DNA of 38,436 bases from a virus (Duplodnaviria > Caudoviricetes), in IMG/VR virus record IMGVR_UViG_3300017914_002859, positions 1 through 38,436 of that record, one strand, 5' to 3'. The translations under genes and the position numbers were made by a program. The notes below the pieces were generated by a model, which did no database searches, was not told the origin of the DNA, and worked only from the letters and a program-made list of their open reading frames with translations. This document shows positions 1 through 9,358 of the stretch, piece after piece (position 1 is the first letter of the stretch; each line of letters starts with the position of its first letter).

Positions 1-175
1 CACCTTGAGAACGACCAGAAGTATTAACGCCAATCAAAGAATTAATACTAGTTGTACCGGAAGAAGCGATCCCTAATGGACGACCTACTACGATTTTCTT
101 TACGACCGTAGTGCTTCCTGCAGCTCTTACAGCTTTAACTTGTGTAGTCTGACCAGTGCCTACTCGTATTGCCAT
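1..175 (-). CDS. Partial ORF (N-terminal part, runs off the window), probable virion/tail-associated protein
   Basis: Not in the ORF track. ATG at 175 preceded by GAGGT. Reads MAIRVGTGQTTQVKAVRAAGSTTVVKKIVVGRPLGIASSG... open to the window edge, 8 nt downstream of the 184..534 stop. Confidence 0.7.
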   Translation of the reverse strand, partial: MAIRVGTGQTTQVKAVRAAGSTTVVKKIVVGRPLGIASSGTTSINSLIGVNTSGRSQG

Positions 176-183
176 CACTTACC

Positions 184-534
184 TCACTTAGTAACTGAAG
201 GCGTAATTGTCATTCTACCTTCTAGAATTCTTTCGATGATGATATTTGAAGAGCTATCTTGAAATGAAAGTTCGACATCATATACATACCGACCAGCTTT
301 CAATGAATCTGTTTGAGTGTTTGATAATGATATTGCAGCAATACCACCCGGAGCATTTGTGATTGTCGCAGTAAAGTCTGTCGTATCTGCACTATCACTA
401 TTATAGTTTTTCTTTAATTTTGCTGAAATAGTATGATTTGCGAGATTCTTTACTGATCCGTCAGTGTCAACGAGATGCAATTCTATTGTAGCGTCTGCAC
501 CTTGGTCAATGGTGATGTCTTCGTACTGAGCCAT
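184..534 (-). CDS. Small virion structural protein (BppU-N/Ig-like type common in T4-like phages)
   Basis: ITIDQGA...LSNTQTDSLKAGRYVYDVEL...RILEG...TPSVT pattern; preceded by two late promoter motifs. Confidence 0.65.
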   Translation of the reverse strand: MAQYEDITIDQGADATIELHLVDTDGSVKNLANHTISAKLKKNYNSDSADTTDFTATITNAPGGIAAISLSNTQTDSLKAGRYVYDVELSFQDSSSNIIIERILEGRMTITPSVTK

Positions 535-561
535 TCTAATTCTCTTAAAAAGTGTTTTCTA

Positions 562-569
562 TATTTATA
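562..569 (-). promoter_or_regulatory. T4-type late promoter TATAAATA
   Basis: Exact TATAAATA on the minus strand, 27 nt upstream of the ATG at 534. Confidence 0.8.
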
Positions 570-585
570 AATTAGATATCAGATC

Positions 586-593
586 TATTTATA
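586..593 (-). promoter_or_regulatory. Second, tandem T4-type late promoter TATAAATA
   Basis: Exact motif overlapping the TAA stop of the 589..1689 gene. Confidence 0.6.
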
Positions 594-1689
594 ACACTTT
601 TCTCTTAGGAATTTTTGAATCAGCAGAAGAAACGCAGGTTTCAGTGATGCATGGCATAGGTTTATCAAACAGCTTGAATCCTTTGTCGATATATCCTAGT
701 GGCTCGTCATTACAAGAGTAAGATCTTTTTATACTTCCATCGGGTTCTCGAATAATGATAGAACGATAACCAGCCTCACAAGACCAACCTTTGAACCGAT
801 TGAAATTAAATGCATTGAATCTTTCAGCTTGATCCATGTACCACTTTTCACCGTTCTTATCTTCAAATTCAACTTGCATATGTTGTGGTATACCTTCAGT
901 GTCATAATAAACATCTATTTCTTGTTTTGGCTTTGGCCTTTCGATGGTAGCCTTGGACTCGGTAAATCCTCGTTGAGGCATGCCATTATGTAGGCGTTCA
1001 AGCATATCATCAGTATAGCCATCAACGACAAAGCTAGCAGTAGGATCAGACTGAGGTTTAAGAGTGACATTGATTCCCCTTTCATGAAAATAGAGTGCTT
1101 CTTCCCAAAGCTCTTCAAATCTTTCAGGAACCATCACTTGATTAATTGTTACTTGTATGTCTTGTGTCTGACAGTATTCGAGTTTGTCAGCAAAATCTGA
1201 AACTTTTTCAGAAGTATTTAAATGCTCTTTATGAAATGATGCTGTAATACTAGCTCTATGAAACTTTGAAACAATCTTTGCATACTCTTCAAACCATTTC
1301 ATTTTCCGACTACAGTTAGAAGTCATGTGCACAGTATGATAATTGCAATGAGGCATATCATCTGCAAGATACTGCATGATTTCTAAATAGTCAGGATGGA
1401 AAGTAGGTTCACCACCTGAGAATGAAAAATGAAAAGAGTTGTATCCGTTATCTCTTGCCTGTCTTTTGATTTCATCGATCGTCATAAGAATTAAATCGAT
1501 GGGCCTATGATCTTTTACTCTTGACGATGCATAAGGCCAGCAGTAAGAACACGAATAATTACAAAATCTTCCGAGCAACCAACTTACAGTAAACAAATCA
1601 CGATATAATAAAGTCCTTTGACCAACACTTACTATGTCGTCAAATGGTATCTTTGTAAAATCGTAGTTGCTCCATTTCAAATCAGTCAT
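589..1689 (-). CDS. Radical SAM enzyme with C-terminal twitch/SPASM-like Cys cluster
   Basis: CNYSCSYC (CxxxCxxC), SGGEPT, C-terminal C(EAG)...SYSC...CITETC. Start moved to ATG 1689 (AAGGA upstream; avoids a long overlap with the neighbour). Confidence 0.9.
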   Translation of the reverse strand: MTDLKWSNYDFTKIPFDDIVSVGQRTLLYRDLFTVSWLLGRFCNYSCSYCWPYASSRVKDHRPIDLILMTIDEIKRQARDNGYNSFHFSFSGGEPTFHPDYLEIMQYLADDMPHCNYHTVHMTSNCSRKMKWFEEYAKIVSKFHRASITASFHKEHLNTSEKVSDFADKLEYCQTQDIQVTINQVMVPERFEELWEEALYFHERGINVTLKPQSDPTASFVVDGYTDDMLERLHNGMPQRGFTESKATIERPKPKQEIDVYYDTEGIPQHMQVEFEDKNGEKWYMDQAERFNAFNFNRFKGWSCEAGYRSIIIREPDGSIKRSYSCNDEPLGYIDKGFKLFDKPMPCITETCVSSADSKIPKRKVL

Positions 1690-1699
1690 AAATAAATCC

Positions 1700-2350
1700 T
1701 TAATTACTGTATTTATTAATGAACATCTCAGCCAGTTTATGATGACTCCACTGATTAGGATGTCCGTCGTTTGGAACTGACTTAAGCCACTTTGAAATAC
1801 CCCACACAATTTCTGGCATACTAAAGTCTAAGTTTTTAAAATACCAATCATTTTGTATTTTTTTGTAAATTTCATCATCTTTATCGTTAGTGATTCTTGT
1901 TTCTTTTAATCTCCAACAACCAATATGATGAACATAATTTATGTTATACTGTTCAGCTAAATTCTTACATCTCCACATAGATCTTAGTGATGATTTTGTT
2001 AAAGTATATGAGTATTCATCAGAAGTTATTAGCCGGCAAGATGTATGCTTATAATTATCTAAATCAAAAGCGCTATCAACAAAACAGTCATTGATGTTAA
2101 CTCTATGTGGCTGAGACCACAAAACCATTATGACAGGATTTAAATGTTTATATTTCGCTATAGCATCTGTTATTGTATTTTCGATAAATGAGTTACTAGC
2201 TCCGGGTTCTGAAAGATTTATCAAATCCATATCTAATTCATATGATACTATTTTAGGCCACGCCACAATTCCATCTTTTAAATATGGAAGTTTGTCTTTT
2301 TCATGAACACTAAAGCTACATCCAGACGTGATTAATAATCTTCTAGTCAT
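1700..2350 (-). CDS. SGNH/GDSL-fold hydrolase or acyltransferase-like protein
   Basis: Block I SGCSFS, block II NLSEPGASN, VLWS, C-terminal DGHPN. Confidence 0.75.
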   Translation of the reverse strand: MTRRLLITSGCSFSVHEKDKLPYLKDGIVAWPKIVSYELDMDLINLSEPGASNSFIENTITDAIAKYKHLNPVIMVLWSQPHRVNINDCFVDSAFDLDNYKHTSCRLITSDEYSYTLTKSSLRSMWRCKNLAEQYNINYVHHIGCWRLKETRITNDKDDEIYKKIQNDWYFKNLDFSMPEIVWGISKWLKSVPNDGHPNQWSHHKLAEMFINKYSN

Positions 2351-3242
2351 AAACAAACACCGGTGCTACGTAACTATCATCAGTATTATACAACTCTTCA
2401 TACTTTCTGATAAAATCAAAAGCTATTAAATCATGACCTTTCTGATTAGGATGCTTGTCTTCTTCTGAGATATGATATTTTTGATACCTTTGTATACTAG
2501 ATTCATAAGGATTGAATAAATTATTAACAACTTTGTTTTGTATATTTCTTAATCGATTGTAGTAAATGCTCTTTTTTATCTCAATCATAATTTTATCACT
2601 TTTTTCGTTGTCTTTGTCTATTCCTACTGATTCTTTGTGTAATATCCAATGAGGACAACGAACAATAGGTAATGCAACATTATGTAATATTTCAATATTT
2701 CTTTTCTTACAAAAATCATCTAAAAGATATATTGATCTCATTGAAGATATAGCACAACATAATAACATGTAATCATAGTAAGCTTGTGACCATCCTTCTT
2801 CATTTCTGTCTTTAAACATGTCAGCATTTACTTCACTTAATCCTTCAAAATAATCTTGAATCATGTGCTGTATTCTAACTCTAAAAAAGTTAAATCCTAG
2901 CTTTATATCATCCACGTCTTCATGTTTTTTCAAGATGTCTTCGTATGATTCTCTATCTGGTATAAAAACTACACCAGCTTTTGCATTCCACAAATTTAAT
3001 CGATTTGGTTGTGACCAAAAAGGAAAAACTATGAGATCTCTGTCTTCATTTTCAAGTATCGCATCAACAGCGGCGTTATAAATGTAATCATTACCTTCAC
3101 CAACGCGACCAACATTCAAAAGATCCCAGTCCATGAAGTCAGCGACCTTTTCGGCCCAAATACGTATATTGTGTTTTTGGTATCCACTGTGCTCAGGATC
3201 TGACCAGCTATCTCCGCTGACAATAAGTAGCTTTCTATCCAT
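2343..3242 (-). CDS. SGNH/GDSL-fold hydrolase or acyltransferase-like protein
   Basis: SGDSWS, NVGRVGEGNDYI, FWS, DKHPN. Start taken at MDRKLL. Confidence 0.75.
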   Translation of the reverse strand: MDRKLLIVSGDSWSDPEHSGYQKHNIRIWAEKVADFMDWDLLNVGRVGEGNDYIYNAAVDAILENEDRDLIVFPFWSQPNRLNLWNAKAGVVFIPDRESYEDILKKHEDVDDIKLGFNFFRVRIQHMIQDYFEGLSEVNADMFKDRNEEGWSQAYYDYMLLCCAISSMRSIYLLDDFCKKRNIEILHNVALPIVRCPHWILHKESVGIDKDNEKSDKIMIEIKKSIYYNRLRNIQNKVVNNLFNPYESSIQRYQKYHISEEDKHPNQKGHDLIAFDFIRKYEELYNTDDSYVAPVFVYD

Positions 3243-3954
3243 ATTTTTCTCTATATTTTTCAATGAAATTATGCCCTATTAACTCATGGCCTCTCTCGTT
3301 TGGATGACGATCAAATTTTGAAATACAATATTCATCCGCTCCTAACATTGTTGAGAGATACAGCTCTTCTTTCGTGATAATATCATCTTTAAAATACAAT
3401 TCATGAATCTCACTTTGCAACATTTCATCATCAAAAGGTTTTTTAGTAGTCGGCATAAAATTTAAATACCTACTGTTTATTATTTTTATGTTATTGAACT
3501 TGCATAACATGTTTAGAATCCACATATTTCGAATAGTGTACTTAACTATTGATGGTACTGAAGGCAAGTAATTAAGCTCATGAATTATCTTATTGAATTC
3601 TATAATTTCATCTTTATGTAAAGCTGGTCTTGCTATTTCATCAACACGCGACTTATATTCATTAGGTACTATTACACATGCATCTTTATCGAAAAAATCT
3701 AATCTTGTTGCATTTGACCATAAGACCATCACAACAATATCTCTGTCATTATTTTCTAATATCGCATCGATAGCTGCATTACATATATAATCATTTCCAC
3801 ACCCTGCTTTTCCAACATTAATGAGATCCCAATCCATAAAATTAGAAACAACATCAGGCCAAACATCTATATTTCTCTGTATGTATCTTCTTTGCGCACC
3901 GTCAGTAAAACTGCATCCAGTCGCAATAAGTAATGGTTTAGAAGACTTTGACAT
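3235..3954 (-). CDS. SGNH/GDSL-fold hydrolase or acyltransferase-like protein
   Basis: TGCSFT, NVGKAGCGNDYI, LWS, DRHPN. Start taken at MSKSSK. Confidence 0.75.
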   Translation of the reverse strand: MSKSSKPLLIATGCSFTDGAQRRYIQRNIDVWPDVVSNFMDWDLINVGKAGCGNDYICNAAIDAILENNDRDIVVMVLWSNATRLDFFDKDACVIVPNEYKSRVDEIARPALHKDEIIEFNKIIHELNYLPSVPSIVKYTIRNMWILNMLCKFNNIKIINSRYLNFMPTTKKPFDDEMLQSEIHELYFKDDIITKEELYLSTMLGADEYCISKFDRHPNERGHELIGHNFIEKYREKYG

Positions 3955-5260
3955 TGTATCTCTTTTCCCATTCTTCTGCATGTAATTTCGTATCAACAAT
4001 AGGTTGACCTTTGATATTCAAGCTCGTATTTAATAACATAGGACAGCCAGTGAGTTCATACCATTCTTCGAGTATTGGACGTATGACAGATTCACAATCT
4101 GGTTTAACAATCTGAACTCTTGCTGTTCCATCGACATGAGTTACAGATTGATAATCGTGTTTTGCTTTCGCTACAAATTGCATGTATTCATTCATCGGCC
4201 CTTCGAAGAAAGTATCTGCGTATTCTTCAAGGATTGCTGGTGCAAATGGTCTAAATCGTTGTCTTCTTTTGATGTCATTAACCGTATCTTTAATATCGAG
4301 ACGGGGATCAGCAAGCAAAGAACGATTACCAAGGGCGCGAGGACCAAACTCAGCACGACCATTAGCCACCCCACAAACAGAATTGTCAACAAGATATTGA
4401 GCAACTTCACGAGGATTGATGTCACCTTCGATGAGAGTTCCAAGATAAGGAGACGTCCATCGAAGTTTTTTCTGATAGTGTCTAGCTGCAGCGCCAAGAG
4501 ACGAGCCTGCATCGCCAGGGTTAGGCATAATCCACAAATTTTTGTTTTGAATTTTCGAATTAGCAACACAGTTTAATGCACATCCACCCATCAATATTAG
4601 ATTATTATGCTGACAGTGATCAATAATTAAATCATTGAGCCATACTTCATATGCCCATTGAATTGATGCAGCAATATCTTCTGGTCTACCTTTTGGTAAT
4701 TTTATTCCTTTATGGCAATCTTCAAAATAAAGATCTATAAATTCGTGAAATATTGGTTCGCCATAAGCAGCTAACCCCATCACTATATATTCTTCTTCCA
4801 TCGGCTTATAGCCAAGAGCAGCAGTGACTGCTGAATATGCTAGTCCATAACTCTGCGGATATTTCATTTCCCAAGTTTGAGTAAACACTCCATCTCTAAC
4901 TTGGAAAGCTGCAGCAGTTTCCTTTTCTCCTATCGCATCAATACAAAGAATATCACAATCATCGAAAGGTGCAGTTGCCCATCCAGCCCAAGCATGAGTT
5001 TCATAGTGATTATATTCAAAGCTAGTTATGATATTTGGCGGATAATGCTTTTGGCCTGCAGCTGCTCGTCTATCGTTAACTCTATCTTTGTTTTCATGTC
5101 CAATTATTACTTCATAATCGGGTAAAAGCTTATCGGGAATCCATTTTTCGTTTTTCTTTCGCGTATGGCGTTCAGCATGGTGAGCTTCTATTATCTCGCC
5201 ATCTTCAATTAAACACCATGCCGCATCATGCGAACCTTCAGATACACCTAATATTTTCAT
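3938..5260 (-). CDS. O-carbamoyltransferase, NodU/CmcH/TobZ family
   Basis: ILG..HDAA, ER.TRKK, HYETHA, VMGLAAYG, GGCALNCVAN, GDAGSSLGAA, EFGPRALGNRSLLADPR, FRPFAP, HVDGTARVQ, LLNTSLN. ATGA overlap with the upstream gene. Confidence 0.95.
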   Translation of the reverse strand: MKILGVSEGSHDAAWCLIEDGEIIEAHHAERHTRKKNEKWIPDKLLPDYEVIIGHENKDRVNDRRAAAGQKHYPPNIITSFEYNHYETHAWAGWATAPFDDCDILCIDAIGEKETAAAFQVRDGVFTQTWEMKYPQSYGLAYSAVTAALGYKPMEEEYIVMGLAAYGEPIFHEFIDLYFEDCHKGIKLPKGRPEDIAASIQWAYEVWLNDLIIDHCQHNNLILMGGCALNCVANSKIQNKNLWIMPNPGDAGSSLGAAARHYQKKLRWTSPYLGTLIEGDINPREVAQYLVDNSVCGVANGRAEFGPRALGNRSLLADPRLDIKDTVNDIKRRQRFRPFAPAILEEYADTFFEGPMNEYMQFVAKAKHDYQSVTHVDGTARVQIVKPDCESVIRPILEEWYELTGCPMLLNTSLNIKGQPIVDTKLHAEEWEKRYNVKVF

Positions 5261-6324
5261 GCCCATTGCGCTCGAAAAGGATCAAATCCTGTATTACATT
5301 TTGAACCGCATGTTTTCAGTCTACCTTGAGCACAACCTTGTATGCTCCAACTCTTTTTTATGTTTTCAAAATATTTTCCATTTACAATCTGATCTAAAGG
5401 TGTTATATTAACATTAATAGATTCAAATCCACCTGACTTCATAATCATTTTGTGTTCTTGACTTTCTTCGACCGGTCTCCACCACTTATATACCTGACCA
5501 TTTAGCCAACAACACGGATGCACTTCACCTGTAGCTGACACATATATTTCATTCTTCTCTACACACTTCGGTTGAATCTCAGCAACTTCAATATAGTTTT
5601 CCATAGAACCATATTTCTCGACGATAGGATCGTAATCTTTTTCAACTGCTTTGTTTCTGTATTTCGGATCAGTGGGTTGCGAAAGCAATTGCTTTTCATT
5701 TCCCTTACGATCTACTGCTTGATGTTCATCTCTTTTTCTTAAATCGTATGAATACACATAGCGACCCGACTTCTTCACTATGAATTGTTTTACTCCTAAA
5801 ATTTTAGAATACATTTCTGCTTGTTCAACCTGATGTTCATTGTAGTTAAAAACAAGAAAAGTCCATTTAGCGTATCCACCAGCATCACAGAAAGCAGCCA
5901 TATTGTTTTCTACAATATCCCAGTTTACGCCTTGACGATAAAGATGATTTGTATCTTTTAATCCATCAACAGAAAAGTTTACGAATGAAACAACCGAAGC
6001 AAGTTCTTCCCACCATTCGGTTTTTCTTGCTCCACCATTTGTAGTAATAGACAAGCTAATCTTTGGATTTGATTCACGAATATATTTTGCAATGTCTAAG
6101 CAATAAGGTGAAAGGATAGGATCACCATGATTTCCACAGAAATAAAATGTATGAAGTTGTTTCAAAAATTCTGGAGAAAATGCTTTTTTAAATTGGTCAA
6201 GTGTCATCGATGCATCAACTAAATGTTGATTTACTTCACCGCCATTCTTATTCCTATCACACATAGGACAAGAAGCTTGACATAATTGTGTAGGCTCAAA
6301 ATGAACCTGTTCAACTTTATACAT
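5257..6324 (-). CDS. Radical SAM enzyme with C-terminal twitch/SPASM domain
   Basis: CQASCPMC, CGNHGDP, TNGG, C-terminal C...ATGEVHPCCW...C...CGSKC. Confidence 0.9.
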   Translation of the reverse strand: MYKVEQVHFEPTQLCQASCPMCDRNKNGGEVNQHLVDASMTLDQFKKAFSPEFLKQLHTFYFCGNHGDPILSPYCLDIAKYIRESNPKISLSITTNGGARKTEWWEELASVVSFVNFSVDGLKDTNHLYRQGVNWDIVENNMAAFCDAGGYAKWTFLVFNYNEHQVEQAEMYSKILGVKQFIVKKSGRYVYSYDLRKRDEHQAVDRKGNEKQLLSQPTDPKYRNKAVEKDYDPIVEKYGSMENYIEVAEIQPKCVEKNEIYVSATGEVHPCCWLNGQVYKWWRPVEESQEHKMIMKSGGFESINVNITPLDQIVNGKYFENIKKSWSIQGCAQGRLKTCGSKCNTGFDPFRAQWA

Positions 6325-7036
6325 TCAGAGCCCATTCTCTTTCTTTACACCACCAACATTGTCCACACTCTTTTGTAAATCCATCAGTAATGTAGTCCCA
6401 ACCTTCGCATGAACGAGTTAATGGAAGCAAGGTATCAATCAAATTATGCTTACGGTATATTCGAATCACATGCTCTTTATGGCTTTGGCCAAATGGGTTG
6501 CAATACCATTGATTAATCCCATCCATCATGCCATGATCAATTAATTTTTGGTTGTGACGATTTTCCCAATCTCTATGTTTTTCTCTACATTCCCAAATAT
6601 CTTTAAATGTTTCTGACCAACCCCAAAGCTTTTCGCCTATTTCTTTAGGAGGATTCGAAGTGACTCCATTGAAAATTTGTACATCTGCGCCAATTTTGTC
6701 TATTGTTTCATAAATTAGTTTCGTTTGTTTTTCCACATAACGATTAGACCAGCGATCGGGTTGTGTAGAAGTACCACCGGGATCTGTGCACAATTCCGAT
6801 TTAAATTCTAAATGATTGATGTTTGGAAACTCTTGAGAAATAAAATCATGAACTTGTTGTGCATGATAACTTTGCCACGGTCTTTTTTCGTGTACTACAG
6901 TAATAGTATAAAGATTGAGCGGCGTTTTTTGTTTGTTCCACTCATTGCATATAAGCCACATGAGAATAGCGCTATCAGCTCCACCCGACAATCTCAATAT
7001 AACGTTTTCTGTGAATACTGGTATATCAATAGACAT
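6317..7036 (-). CDS. QueC-like PP-loop ATPase (7-cyano-7-deazaguanine synthase family)
   Basis: N-terminal LSGGADS PP-loop and C-terminal TRSC...CGQCWWC zinc motif typical of QueC. Confidence 0.8.
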   Translation of the reverse strand: MSIDIPVFTENVILRLSGGADSAILMWLICNEWNKQKTPLNLYTITVVHEKRPWQSYHAQQVHDFISQEFPNINHLEFKSELCTDPGGTSTQPDRWSNRYVEKQTKLIYETIDKIGADVQIFNGVTSNPPKEIGEKLWGWSETFKDIWECREKHRDWENRHNQKLIDHGMMDGINQWYCNPFGQSHKEHVIRIYRKHNLIDTLLPLTRSCEGWDYITDGFTKECGQCWWCKEREWALNV

Positions 7037-8207
7037 AATCAAAAATCCTTGGTGCTAAGACAGACGCATCTCTTTGGTGCAACATGTCCTGTAGTTTCAC
7101 TACATCTTTAAATGTTTCTTCTTGTAAAGTTCGCTTTCCTCTTAGTCGTTTTTCAAACTCATGAGTAAAGTCATTCTTATCAAGAGATTCTAAAATATTT
7201 ATCTTCGTTTCTTCGGCAAGGTTTACGATGTCAAGAGCTTCCGGCCAGTGAACAAACGTCGGTCTAATATTCACTCCCACATCATACTTGTTTTCAATAT
7301 TTTGCTTTAATTCTTGTAAGTCATTTGCAATTTCATTGATATAGAATGCATGATAAGCAGTTGTAGTACAAACTAGCAACATAGTTTTTATATTATCGCA
7401 TTTATCGAGAGTATGATATATGTTATCAATAACAGTCTGATAATCACCTTTCTCTCTAAAGTAATTAAACAAATCTCCAGTTCCATCCATACTTACAGTC
7501 AGGTGTATCGAACCGAAATGAGACCACAGATCTTCAAGTTTGTATCTTTTAAATTGTGTAAGACTCATGTTTGTATTATAAATGAGTCCAATCTTTTGAG
7601 TGTCTATCTTCTCATCTGCAATCATTCTTTCGAGAAAACGATACATTTCTATATGATAGAAGGGTTCACCTCCAGAGAACTCGATCCTTTTAACATTTGG
7701 AAGGATGTTTTCGAAAAGATCATCAATCACTTCCGGTGTTGGTATTCCAATTGCATCATCCGTATCTTCTAAATGGTCAAACTTGTATTCAGATAATGCA
7801 TCACGAATATAGCTATTCTTTCTTCCCATTTTAATGAACATAGAATTACTACGACTGCTACAGTGACGACAAGCAAAATTGCATGCATTACTCATCTTCA
7901 ACTGAAGATCTGTTATTTTTATTTCGGTTTGATTATAATTCGGTTGCTCTATTACTGGATCTTCATTTGATCTTTGACGATATGATTTGATTCCATCTTC
8001 TTCTTGCATCTTACAATCGACACATCCAGCTGGCCAAATATCATTTTGTAAATCTTTTCTGATGTTTTGCCATTCATCATTATTGATTAACTCGGATGGA
8101 AGTTGTGGTATCTTACCTAAGTTATGTTCTCTGTTTTTAAATCGAAAACATGGAGCATATCCACCGGGTTTAAAATCTAAATGTGTCCAAGCGTACTTAC
8201 ATTTCAT
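7026..8207 (-). CDS. Radical SAM enzyme with N-terminal twitch domain
   Basis: N-terminal CKYAW...PC...CVDC, then CNFACRHC, SGGEPF, YNTN, SMDG. Confidence 0.9.
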   Translation of the reverse strand: MKCKYAWTHLDFKPGGYAPCFRFKNREHNLGKIPQLPSELINNDEWQNIRKDLQNDIWPAGCVDCKMQEEDGIKSYRQRSNEDPVIEQPNYNQTEIKITDLQLKMSNACNFACRHCSSRSNSMFIKMGRKNSYIRDALSEYKFDHLEDTDDAIGIPTPEVIDDLFENILPNVKRIEFSGGEPFYHIEMYRFLERMIADEKIDTQKIGLIYNTNMSLTQFKRYKLEDLWSHFGSIHLTVSMDGTGDLFNYFREKGDYQTVIDNIYHTLDKCDNIKTMLLVCTTTAYHAFYINEIANDLQELKQNIENKYDVGVNIRPTFVHWPEALDIVNLAEETKINILESLDKNDFTHEFEKRLRGKRTLQEETFKDVVKLQDMLHQRDASVLAPRIFDYVY

Positions 8208-9358
8208 AATATTCTCTTCAATCTTTTGGCCAATGAAGGATTATGGTTTTCTAATTTTCTTCCATAATAAGAATCTAATACTTCTATTCTCTTCAGTTGC
8301 TTTTTCCAATTATCCGGATTGTAATTTCTTCTTTTGAAAATGTTTTTTAGTTTATTATTATTCAAAGTTGTTTCTGAGTCATAATCTTTGAGTTCTGACA
8401 ATATCCATTCTTCATACCAATCGGGTGCATCAAGAAAAGAAAAAGTGTATTCATCGTATGACCATCTAATATGCCAGTCAGAATTGTATGATCGATACCA
8501 TGCGAATGAATCTGAAAACCCATTGAGATTGAGAGTAGTAAATGTTTGTTGTATAACTATTTTCTCGAGAGGTTTTAGTTTTTCTTCATATCCAAACAAA
8601 TTGTTGATATTATCTTCAAAGTTAGAATTGACTCTTTGATATTCATGATGCAAAGGTATACCATCAAAACTAGCTGATAACATAATCGATCCAAACTGAT
8701 TCATGTAATATAGCGCTTTGTCAGACAGAGGCATAGAACAATTTGTTACGACTTCAAGTCTAATTTTACTCAAATCTGATTTTGAATCTAGATATTCTAA
8801 AAACTCAATAAAAGATGGAGACATGAAAGGTTCTCCACCCAAAAGTTTAATATTATTCAATTGACTTAAATCTTGATGTTGAGATTTGAGTAGATCAAGT
8901 CTGTTTTTGTTGGCAGACTTACTTGGTTTCATTCCTCTAATGTCTGGATGGTTGTGTAGTATTTCATCTCTTCGATAAGACTTTGAAGAAAAACGAGAAT
9001 CACACATCATACATTCATAATTACATATATTGTCGAGAGAGAATTCTATGTTTTCGAGAGGAAGACAATCTTCCGTAAGATCAGCTGATTCGAGAGTAGT
9101 CGCAAAAGGATGAGGATTTGTGTTGATACCAGTGCGTATACTGTAATCTCCTACTTTTTCTTCTTCATAACATTTTTTACACTCGGGTATTTCTTCTCCA
9201 TTCAGCATTTTGATACGAATATCTTTAAACGCTTCTTGTCGATCTTGAGAACCAAAATCTATACTTGTAGGAAATCTACAACATGGCCTGATAGTATTTT
9301 TCATAGTGTATGTAAATCCTATCCAAGGATGCATACAAATAACACCATTATCTTTCAT
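8204..9358 (-). CDS. Radical SAM enzyme with N-terminal twitch domain
   Basis: CMHPW...PCC...CKKC, then CNYECMMC, GGEPF, SFDG. Start taken at MKDNG. Confidence 0.9.
   Translation of the reverse strand: MKDNGVICMHPWIGFTYTMKNTIRPCCRFPTSIDFGSQDRQEAFKDIRIKMLNGEEIPECKKCYEEEKVGDYSIRTGINTNPHPFATTLESADLTEDCLPLENIEFSLDNICNYECMMCDSRFSSKSYRRDEILHNHPDIRGMKPSKSANKNRLDLLKSQHQDLSQLNNIKLLGGEPFMSPSFIEFLEYLDSKSDLSKIRLEVVTNCSMPLSDKALYYMNQFGSIMLSASFDGIPLHHEYQRVNSNFEDNINNLFGYEEKLKPLEKIVIQQTFTTLNLNGFSDSFAWYRSYNSDWHIRWSYDEYTFSFLDAPDWYEEWILSELKDYDSETTLNNNKLKNIFKRRNYNPDNWKKQLKRIEVLDSYYGRKLENHNPSLAKRLKRIL

Noticed and set aside
1690-1809. Longer N-termini given by the ORF track (also at 3263, 3999, 9391, 14356 and 33643)
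   Set aside because: They overlap neighbouring genes or promoters; downstream ATGs fit the Shine-Dalgarno sites, gene coupling and domain starts better.
589-7036. Canonical 7-deazaguanine DNA modification cluster
   Set aside because: Only a QueC-like gene is present; the radical SAM proteins carry extra Cys domains and are longer than QueE; no FolE, QueD or DpdA in the window.
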